Shown here: in pieces, positions 51,569-62,299 of the stretch
Layout: each line of letters opens with the position of its first letter
Position numbering within the stretch: the first letter of the stretch is position 1
Source of the DNA: Lophium mytilinum
Lineage: Eukaryota
Direction: 5' to 3'
Length of the DNA: 64,000 nt
Assembly (NCBI GenBank): GCA_010093605.1
Contig: MU004184.1
Location: 2,304,801-2,368,800 of the forward strand
Notes under the pieces: model-generated
Seen by the model: only the letters and a program-made list of their open reading frames with translations
What the model was told of the DNA's origin: nothing
The model's database searches: none
Program-made: the position numbers and the translations under genes

Positions 51569-53211
51569 TGTGGGCCAGTGAAGATGCGAACTGCTTATGA
51601 GAAGAGTGGTGGGCAAGGAAGGCCAAGATTGTTGGACAGGAACATGGACTTCAAGCTGAAGATATAGAAAACATGGTTCATATCTAGAGATAGCTTTTGC
51701 CGCCGCTGCAATTTTTTCAACAAGGCTAGATGCTTTGCTTGCTCTGTGGCGCACACGAAGTAGAGTCCTGACGCACCACATACCCCAAAACTGCAAGCGC
51801 TTCCAACCTGTTACTCCTTACCGTATGAAGCCCGGACATGCTGCACTGATTACGAGGTAAGACACCCTCGGAAAACAATACCGTACCTGCTGTTCCATAC
51901 AACCTAGCTCCCCAGCTGCGATTGGTCACCCGCCCCTGTTACCGCTATCAACGGCCTTGATCAGTGGTATTGAACAGTAATTCTCATAGCTCCCGCAAAC
52001 AAGGTACCTTGGAATAAGCCTGCCCCTGCCCGTGGCGTCTAGCAGAAAGAGATAGTTGCCGTGTCTGGGTTGTGCTAACAATCGCGGTACGCGTCTAGCT
52101 GATTCGCAAGAGGTGGCAATTATTTCGAACGAGCAGCGATCTGGCGACGCTAGGTTCTAGAATCTCGATCTTGGCCAATCCACTGGAGCCTCTATACACA
52201 GGTGGCTGTTATGACACCACCTTAGGCAGGAATGAGAGCAACGATAACAGCGTGTTTAGCAACGCCGTGCATATTGGAAAGATAAGGGAGCTCAGAAGCA
52301 GGTCATGAGGTCTGATTTGAGGTTCGGTCTGATTGTTCAGCAGAGGGGAAGAAGGCTAGATGTTTTCGTTGCCATTGCCCATTTTCCATGCCGATGACGT
52401 GACATGGTACTCCACCGACCTCGGTACCGAATTAATGTCTAGCGTCACTCGGCTAGCAATTCACCCCTGTTGTGTGGTGGGACGACCCGAGCATGTGGGG
52501 GAGCTGCAGCGAGACCCCAACAAAACGTGACGAGCTTCTGAAGCTCTACTACCTAAGTGCCTACCGGGCTTACGCCGAGGCCACAACGGCTAAAAGTTTT
52601 GTCAACGAGGGTAGAGCTGATCGAGCTATTCAAGCCCTCAAGCACAGCGAGATTACAAACCGCCTGCACTTGAATGTTTTCCAGGTAGCCTAAAGGGGCC
52701 ACACTGTTCTATTATTGAAGTGCAGCTTCAAATGGTCTTGATCAAGCGTCGTTTCGCCCTGCTTGCGAGAGAATATAAGAGGCTCTCCACGGAAAACATT
52801 CACCAGAGAGGGAAAGACATAGCAGCACGTGCACAGCTAAGTAATGTTCTTTCCGGGGCAAAAGGGGGCTTCTCGTGCCCAAAGCGAACTCGAGAGGTAG
52901 CGGCATACCGACCGCGAAGACAACCTTTCTGACGCAAAGCTTAAAGCCCCAACGGAATCGACGGCGACGACGAGGCCGCGGAGGAAGAGAGCTTATTCCA
53001 CCAGGAGGATCAGCGAGAACCGTAAACATTGCCAAATGATCGCAGTGGTTGAGACGTGGTAGTCGTCGTATCAGGTGTTCTGTCCGACAGACTTGCCTCT
53101 AACGATTATGGTGCGTAAAAGAGAGCTCGTAGAAAAGAGCGTATAGTTCAGAAAAGCAAAAGGAGTTCATTCGGCCGAGGGTGAAAATTGAGGATCTTGA
53201 CCACTATCCAG

Positions 53212-53438
53212 AAGTGACAAACGTAGGTCTGGGCACACTGGCTCGCCACTGCTTACGGTACCCTGACAGTGTTTCGAAGATCTACGGGCGCTGTCGAGTT
53301 CTAAGCAGTGTAGATCAGACTGCCTCTTGACTAGTCAGCTGCTCAGCAGCCAGGCTACCCCCCACAGAGGCGTCAAGTAAGCAACATTGGCGCCAAGCAG
53401 TGCCGGATCCTTGGGCCCAGACTTATGATTTAGTCCTA
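53212..53438. mobile_element. Tc1/mariner-type MITE, copy 3 (degenerate, inverted relative to copy 1)
   Basis: GTCTGGGCACACTGG..CGCCACTGCTT, TTTCGAAGA, AGACTGCCT, AGCAGCCAGGCTACCCCC and GCCCAGACTT all match the reverse complement of 5495-5711 in order. Confidence 0.8.
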
Positions 53439-54647
53439 TATGCGGGATCTCCGTTGTTCTCTTTATTGTTGGCGGTCGCCCCTTCGCGTCGCAGCATAAT
53501 CATGGTGTTGAGCGCGTTGCGCAAGCCCCTTGGTCGTGTGTAGCAGTTGAAAATGCAGATTAGTTAATTCTAGAATGGACTGGAGCTTCAAAGGTGTATC
53601 CACGGGTGAGGGAGTTCGCATGGTTCGACCTCGGCGCAGGCATCTAGACCCAGCCCGTCGGGTGGCTAGCCACGTGCCAGCGTGCTCGTGAACCACGGTA
53701 GCGGCCTCCTTTCTTAACAGCTCATTCGTTCTATATTTGGACGTCTCGGCGTGAGTCAATAGCTCGCATCTCTGCTGAAGTCACGCTCTTGTAGACCTAT
53801 ACAACGGTAAATCCACCTTCTCTGGCAGACAATCTGTTGTTGCGTTTCTCCTTCATTTCTTCCCTCCCACCTTCGACTTCTCATCGCCATTCCTGCGTAT
53901 CGCGGCCCTCTTACATTCATCATCCACCTCACGATGGTCGTTGCTTCTACGGGAAGCAATTCGTGTACTCGCCTTCTGGACACGGTGGCACTCGCGCGAA
54001 GCACGCATTGAGCGTTCTGTTGCCGTGGACACTGTCATCATTGTCGGAACCATGGCCACCGTATCATGGTGGTCTTCTTGGGAGCATACATCCAGTCACG
54101 AATGCAGGGTTGCGAATCGCCAGTAAACCCCCGCGAAGGCGATTGATATGGTTCAAGAAGTCACCATTAGTTTCACGATCAATCCTGATTCAATCAGAAG
54201 ACTATGGAGCTTATCATGTGATTGTGGCGTGAAAGCTTCAGCTGGGAGTGATCATGGAAGATTGCTTCTGCCAAGTTCGTAGCGATGAGGTGATTCTCAT
54301 AGCGAGCATTACAAAAATAATGGAGGACCGGTCTAACAAGACCGATACTTTCAACCTGTGCCATTGCTCTATGAGTTTTCGTAAATCTGCTTGGAGGCGT
54401 TGCGTCTAATTAGATTAGCTAGAGAAAAGACTAGCGATCAGTATCTTTCACCTTGAATCGATCAAGCTCCAAATTCAATTTAAATACCCCAATTCATGGT
54501 GCATTCTTTATAAGAGGTGTGAATGATCATCAGACTATACAGTTGGTTTAATTTTCGTAGCCCCACCAGTCTTAGGGACTGGAACATTTCGCTTGTGACT
54601 CTGTGGGTAGACGTACCGATGGACTGATGATGTGGTTGCTTCTCTAA

Positions 54648-54765
54648 GATATCCTTCTGGGGCGTCCAGGCTTTAGCCTGGAATCGGATTACGCACCTTT
54701 CCCGAGTGTCTAGGCCTAGCCTGGGTTCGAATCTCACTTAGCGTTTTTCTCTATTTTTACTTTTT
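54648..54765 (+). repeat. tRNA-like (B-box-containing) repeat / degenerate tRNA pseudogene, copy 2
   Basis: GAGTGTCTAGGCCTAGCCTGGGTTCGAATC is nearly identical to copy 1; B box at 54724-54733; downstream T-runs. Confidence 0.6.
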
Positions 54766-56115
54766 GCTCCAACGAGGCTATGTGCCAATTACGTGATTTT
54801 GTAGCGTCCGTGTGGTCACTAATATCTCTCTAGGACGTGTACCCACTCCATTGTTCTTCACAAACCTAGCATCCAGGTCTATTTCTCATCTCCGCGTGAC
54901 TTCATGTGTATCTTCAGTGGCCTGTCAGCTGTGCCGACGTTTCGAGTTCATGTGCTCACTACCCCCATTTTGTCTGTAAAGTGACTAGAAGTCTATGTTT
55001 CGATTTGCGAATCTTAGGACCTCGATACAGGTGCGAGTTAGTTTCGTCGATGTTGGGACTGGTCGTTATAGCTCGTGCTTGGGTCAGCGAGTACGTCTTC
55101 ACAAATCTGTACCGGCTTACGGTGGTGAATATAACGGCCTGTTCCCATTTCGTCGAGTCCCTTCCCCTCCGTACGCCCTTCAAAAGCCTTTGAAGGTCCT
55201 TGCAGTTCCATGGGCTACATAGGCAATGTAGCCCGGCACCCTTTTCCAGTGTCCAATGTAACTTTCATAGACCGATAACCGCCGGACTAGGCTTCATCTA
55301 GCGGTGCCCTCTCCAGGCCCCTTATTCTCTTCGAAAGCTTAGGTAGTTCAGTGCTCGAAGAAAGCGCCTTTCACTCTCTCCGCTCGTCTGCCAGAGTACA
55401 ATCTCGCACATTTCGTTGCCAGTGCATGTGACAAGCCCAGGGTTTCTTCTCGGCCCCGTGTACCGCTCGAAGACGCCGCGCGATTTGCTTCAAGAAATCG
55501 AGATATAGGAGCCGTGGACCGGTAAAGCCGCGTGTAGCTTGGTTACTTCCGTAGTCAAGGCCTCGTTGTCTAATTTGGGGCCATGCCACGCTCGAGGGAA
55601 GATCTCCGGTGGAGATTAGGGCTCGCATTTCGTCGTCCAAGTATTAACAGTCGTACTTAATGCCCGCGGAGTAGCAGCAGGGGAGATGTGGTTCGCCGTG
55701 TGGAAGAAGAAGGCACGTGGCTTGATGATGTTGATGGGCATGCGGATTCTGGATGTTATTCCAAGTAGAGTATCGTCTGACGGAGTGTAAGGCGAAGGTT
55801 ACGGGTTTGAAGAACCTGCATGGAGTATTAGTATGTCTTTACACTTTTTTGTGATATTACCGAAGGAAGATTTGGCCATTCAGTTTTGAACGCAAGAAGC
55901 TGCCGCAATAGTTCCAGTATCAGGGACTTTAGCTTCGTGTCGTCGCACTGATCACGCATGACGATAATTTTGATTTGCAAGAGGAATCAAGTCCCTTTCG
56001 CGATGGGTCGGTACAGCTATCCGACTATCTGACACTCCCTCAACACATCTAGCCCTGTAGCAGCTGTCCATGCCGGTCGTTCAGGCATTTCTTCTCACTC
56101 TCCAAGCTAGTCTTC

Positions 56116-58811
56116 TTACTCATTCTCATGCTCAGCGCCAGCAGGAAGGTCCAATTCGATACGTATATCGCGTCTAGCTCTCCGGCGGGCAGCCCTCCTT
56201 TCATCAAACTTCCTAAACGCGTTCTCGACCTTCAGTATATTATGGTCGTTATATCCACGCCATTCCCTATACTGCGGCCCTGTCTTCTCCTCCAAAGCGT
56301 CATACATGTAGATAACTCTACACTCTTCCCATTCTTGCAGGATGGTCATGCCTGAGAGCGCGCTGGCAGGCTCCCACGTACAGCTGTTTATGTCGTCAGT
56401 ATGCAAGAACTTGACATATGGTTTTGCGGGCGGCCGACGTACCGATGCAATCCCTGATCTGCCCATTTGATCAAATACAGCATTTCGCCGCCCTCGTCAT
56501 TTTCGGCGAGGATTCGCTCGATAGGGAACTCCTCGCTGGAACTGTAATCGTTGGAGTCGGCTGTAGAAGTCACAGAAATGGTACCGTCGTCGCTGTCATC
56601 CGCCGCTTCCCCTATTTCCCATCCTGCATTTCACATTAGCACCATACCCGCACTCATTCGAGAATAACCACATACCATAATAGTAGTCACGATCCATAGC
56701 ATAGATGAAATCAACTAGAATTGGCGGTATCATATCGCCGGCACAGTCCTCAATGAGTTTTGCTTCCCAGTTTGAGGTTGCGAAAAACTTTCTTCCGTGG
56801 TCGGTTATGTAGTGATCCCGGAGGGTGTCGATGTGGCGGGGTTTGAAAGGTTTCTTTTGGTAATGGCAGATTCTGCAGCGGATTTCTCGGTAAGAGCCAT
56901 TGGGGAGTTTTATGATGGGGGCCCAGGCTAGGAGTTCTGCTTCTTCGAAGGAGGATAGGAGAGGTTGTTTTGGGGGTGGTTGCGTTTGATTCTCGATGGT
57001 GATGGGTTCTTCGTATTTAGCGAGGGATGTGTCTTTTGCGGCGATAAGGTGGTCTTCTCCGGTGATGGCATTTTCATCTTTGGCGAGTGAGGAGTTTTCT
57101 TCAGCGATCGGGTGGACTCCTTGAAGTGGCAAAGGGTGGTTTTCTTGATGTGGGATAGGGTACTCTTCTTGAAGTGGGATAGGATGATTTTCTAAATCTA
57201 GAATAGAATGATCTTCTGATGGCGAGATAGGAATATGCTCTTGTTCAGGAGGCTCTGGTTGTTCGATGGGAGAATCAAATCGCACTCGCTTCGGTGGGTT
57301 ATCCCGCGCTCCGCTTTGCTGGTGCAAGGCTGCAGGCCATGGGCGTTTTGTCAGCGTGTGCTGCTCTGTTTTGGTATCGTACGGGGAAAAAGATGAGCTT
57401 GATTGGCCTGGGGGGACGGAAGATGTTGAACGAGCGTGTGATGGGGTCCTATGGTTCGGAGCAGCTGAGGGAAAGTGTAACATGCCTTGAGGCCCGACGG
57501 CAATGCTGTCCAAATCCAAATCTCCAAGCGGGAGTACTTCATCACCGGCAGCGCTCTGCTTGCATGCGCCGATCTTCTCCCGGTCGTATGTTTCGGTTGA
57601 CAGCGTGGCGTGTGACCGCTCTAACCCGATATCATTCACACGTGTCTCTTCCACAATCCGGGTCTCGTTAGCCAGCTGGACTTGCCCTTCTGTGCTGAGA
57701 GAACAGACGTCCCTGACAGGAGCTGCAAGGCCTGCATGTGTACTCGAGTCTGCCGGTAATATATGAGGCGATGTATGGTGAAGGGGAGGAAATGTGCGGT
57801 CTTCGAGTCCCGGCTCCAACGTCGCGCCGCCACTTGTCAGAACATAAGTGGAAGACTGACGCAGTTGACGAAAAAAAGGAATTTCGGAAACAGTCTGCGT
57901 CTTAGTAGGTAGAATTGGTTGTTTCGGTTGATCCCATGGTCCGTGGGCCTCGCCTGCCGCCTTACAACGCCGCCTTGTGGTCTTGGGTGCATTCCGCTCG
58001 CCAGTTAAAAGGGCAGAAACATCCGATTCAGAACCGAGGTCTCTTCTTGTACACAGGGCTAACACTGCACGGGCGCTGTGTGGTTGGTTCTCACCGTGAT
58101 CCCGCGCGATATGGCGTTGGAAACCCTCGACGCCTGTGATCAGCTCGAGATCACAGCTTCCGGGCATGCTATAGGCATTACCATTACATATGAAACATTG
58201 CAACTCCACATATCTTCTATCAGGAGTTCGAACTATACTCCCCCATGCCGAAAGTCTCGATAAAAGACCTTCTACGGAGTTACTGTCCCAGTCCGGGCTT
58301 CTCTGTTGGTAATAACGAGCAGCGGGGATGACAGGGACAGGAGCCAGATATATAGGCGCGTCTTCTGGAGTTGCAGCGGTACAGCTGGCCATAGAAGGAA
58401 CACTCGTTGGTCTAGCGATAGGAGCATCCCCAGACGCTTGTATTTGGGAGTTACCGTTGTCGTTGGTTGTCCTATTTATAAGGTTTCGAGCATTTGTATA
58501 GGCCTGTAGAAGCGTCTAGTAGGGTTAGAACAAGCCTTTTAGGTAGGCGCTTTGTAAAGCTGAGCTCGGGAATATCGAAGTGAACTCACATGTCTCTCCG
58601 TGGCAAGGCGTTCGAATTCTGCAAGAATATTCTGCTCGTGAGCAACAATGGCTGCAAGCTCTTGTGGAGGAAGGGTTCCGCGAGTTTTGTCGTCCAATCG
58701 GGCTCGGGTATGCTGCCAATGCCCTTCAAGTTGTGCTTGCGATCGCTGAAGCTCTACGAAGTTGGCGTGAACCACCCTCTCAGAGGTCAGGTCCGTAACA
58801 TTACGGTCCAT
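56116..58811 (-). CDS. Uncharacterised zinc-module protein with C-terminal chromodomain, paralog B
   Basis: Four exons joined in frame through introns 58516-58589, 56624-56675 and 56384-56442. Two CxxC...HxxxH modules, then EEFPIERILAE...LYLIKWADQGLHRCTWEPASAL...ILQEW (chromodomain). Confidence 0.82.
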
Positions 58812-59620
58812 ATCTTCCGTCTGCAGCGTGAGGGCGTCACTGTCAGATATTTGAAGAGGTTGACAGGAGGGAAGCAGTAAAGGACACGGTGGCTAGAAAC
58901 GGAGATGGTGGGGAGAGGCATTCAAGCACCACATACCTCTGTACGATGGCCTTGTTTGGCGGGGGCTGCGATGTATTAAGTAGTGCTTCCGGGCCATTTA
59001 CTATATAGTAGGGTAATTCTGAGGAAGACTGCGGTGAATCGGAACGCTCGGGGACTATCCCGGCAAACGCGATATTCTATGAGTGGGATCCAGGCGTCTT
59101 TAATACCGACTCGGCCTTGTGAATTTGAGAGCTTATCGTCGTCGAGTAATTGTCGGTATGTGGTATCGTATATGAACGGGCTTCCGGGGCTTAGCTATCA
59201 ATATTGCTTCAATCGATTCAATCAAGTTAGAGGAGCACAGGACTACACTGTAACACTATATTGATCATACCACGAAACGTAAATTGCAGGAGGTGTGAAA
59301 CAGAGCTCGACCAAGTGAGTTTCCTAGCTAATGCAAGCTTAAAAATTTTAGTTGTAGGCTCAAACGGCAATTACCGGGGACACTTGCGGACGCATTGAGG
59401 CAGTAGGTCAGCACGAGTCGTCCGATTGAGGACGCCCTCTCATATTACTCTCAGCCCAATGCCTCCGATCGACGACTGCATTTGAGTTCAGCCCCGCTTG
59501 GGTGGATATAATTTCTGCATTCCGCTACTTTGCAGTGTCCTCCCCCGCGATCCAGGGACAAATCATAAGCCAGCAAAGTACCCGCAAGTGTTCAACAGAC
59601 TATTCCCGCCATTTCCAACT

Positions 59621-61636
59621 CTAACAAGCGCGGCCCACGTCAAAGATCTGCTTAAGCTCGCAGAGGGAGAGTGCTTTACCTGCACAGATATTGATCAGGT
59701 CTGCTTTCCATTTGGAGCCAGTGAAGAGAAGGCTACGATGATATTTGATGTAGTGATCACGCAGGTCGTCGATATGCCGGGGCACATGTTTCAGGCCATC
59801 TTGGTCGCATCGCACACAGCGCAGGCTCCAGAACTCGCCGTTTTCCAGTTCCACGATTGGTGCCCATGTGAGAAGCTCCGATACCTCAGCTTCACTTATG
59901 ATAGAGGTGTATGGCTGACGAGCTTCTTCGATCGTAGTTCCGACATGCTTGTCCGTGGGCTCTCCTTGTCCTTCCTCTAACGTTATCTCTTCTCTGTCTG
60001 CGGGCTTATCCTCTTCTTCCAAAGTTTCAATTTGCTCAATAGGATAATCAATTCCGGTATGCTCGTCCATGGGATGTACTAGTCCTTCCGTTGACGTAAA
60101 GCCTTCCCCTTCGTCTGCGGGCTTATCCTCTTTGTTGAGAAGTTCGGTTTGCTCAATGGGGGAATCGGACCGGACTCGTTTGCTTCCATCATGCTGTTCT
60201 TTAGGAATATCTGTGAAAGCCGACAGGAAGGGCCGCTTGGAAGGATCGGCTGGCCGCAGGTCACCTAAGATCAACCGAGCGTCAATTTCGTCTGAAGATT
60301 GCTCTAGAACATCCTTCTCCTCTTTGCTACGCTGGGGATCATCTTGAAGATACGTTTCCTCTGGATATTCCAGTCCAGAGAGGCCATCAGAGGCTACGAC
60401 GCGATCGGCGCTCTCATGAACGCTGAACGACTGAGGACCTTCCGAGAGGCTCACTTCAGGTATTTCGTCAGGAGCAATAGGTTGTGGACTCGCGGAAATG
60501 CTCGACTCCTCGTGCGGCGTAGTAGTGGGTTGCGAACCGGCTTCATAGGCCCCAAGATTGGGCTCCAGATCTGCTTCTTCGAGGGCAGCAAGAAGAGCTG
60601 TAATGCCTTGCTCTACGATTCGATCGATTTCTTGATCTGAAGGGTCTACCGCAAATGGAGCATCCGTTAGAGCATCCCAAGGTAGCTGAATTGGCTCAGT
60701 ATCCGACAGAAGGTGCGAGGCTGATGTATCCATGCTCTCTAGCTCGGCGATATTTCGCAAGGCAGGCGCAAAGAGCCCACTGGAGTTGCATATTACAACG
60801 GGCTGGAGTAGACATGGTACCTGCTCGATTTGAGAGTCGCCTGCCATCAGAGCAACAATGTCTTCTTCAGAAAGCGTCCGCATCCAACATCGCGTGACCA
60901 CCTCATTGAGAGAGAGTACCGTATCATGATTACGTTCCAAGTGGTGACGAAACCCCTCCGAGCCCCTAATGAACCGACCCCCCAGCGTATTGCCGTTGCA
61001 CTCGCAACACCGAAGCTCGAGGCATACTTTCTCTAGCGTACGTATGATAGTCGGCCACTCTGCCAGATCGATCTCATCTCCATCGAAGGGTGTAACCGTG
61101 CCAGAAACGCTTGTGGTAGACGGTTGTGTTGGAGGTCTTACGGGTCCGTCAGGTTGGGCTGGGACAGTGAGCGTGTCTTGCACTGATCTCGAAGATTCGC
61201 CAGTAGCATTGTCATTGGAACGTCCGGAGAGGGAGGCTGCCATAGGCCTTGAGTTCTGGGAGATAGTAGCCCCGTCGGTACCCCAGTTTGTTGGGTTGAG
61301 TACATTTGCACAATCTTGCAGAAGTGTCTAGTATAGTTAGCATTATACTTAGATTATCAACATATATTAAACCATTGGGCGTTGGTCATTTATTCTGCCA
61401 AGGAAGAAACTTACAAATTTGGCGCCAGAAAGCTGATGAAGCCTTGCTAATAACTCGCGATATTGCTTTTTAAGTCCCAGAGCCTGCATATGCGTACAGG
61501 GATTGGCAGCGAGGCTCTCTATCTGGCGTAACAAATCCCCGCATTGGCGGAGAAGCTGTGACTCGATGTCACTCAAGGATGTATAGTAGGTGAGAACATC
61601 CTTCGGAGAAGCGAAGTTTCGTCGATACATGTACAT
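59621..61636 (-). CDS. Uncharacterised protein with two CxxC...HxxxH zinc-binding modules, paralog C
   Basis: Exon 1 (ATG 61636) joined by phase-0 intron 61328-61414 to the 540 aa ORF. Modules: ELRCCECNGN...GSEGFRHHLERNH; SLRCVRC...PRHIDDLRDHYIKYH. 3' end may splice further. Confidence 0.8.
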
Positions 61637-62299
61637 GGCTTGCAACCACAGCAACAGCACCCTTTCCGAAAAGATATGCAATTGTAGAGAGACTGGGAAA
61701 TTTTGATTGGAGTAGAGGATATGTGGAAAGGGAGACAGAACCCGGTAGTGGTGGTATAGGCTGGAGGAAGAGAGATTTCGGCACGATTTTGGGATTCCCA
61801 GGGAGGCTTTATAGTACTGTGTGACAGAACACCTGTGGACGTGGCCCATTCACCCGCTCAGGGCAGCCAACGAGAAGTGATATCACACTACCTCTGTAAA
61901 GCATTATGTGCCCGTCCGTGAGGTTGTTTTCGCCATTTTTTGCTAGTGCTATCTCCTGAGTCTGCTCGTCGGTTTCTGCGGAGGCTAGCGCTTTCCCAAG
62001 CACTCATTGCCATTTACCCGATGCGAGTAACACAACTCTCTAGTGGTGATTTCCCATACCCTTTAGTATAGAACCTTATACCAGTGAATGGAAGGACCGC
62101 TGCCTGGGAATGTAGCACACAAGCCTCTATTAGTTTCTCTGAACTGAGTGCAAGCGTTCAAACAACCGGTAAGTGAGCAAAGTTCCTGGAATACTGGTCT
62201 AAACAATGATTCTTCAGCTTTGCTTATCATCCTGTAGTGACCTGCCTCCGATGAATTTGTCGAAAAGCTGCCAGGATAAAAATACAGAATTTCAAACAG

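Noticed and set aside
52472..52932. Two adjacent short ORFs possibly joined by an intron
   Set aside because: No clear ATG start, weak splice signals and no recognisable domain.
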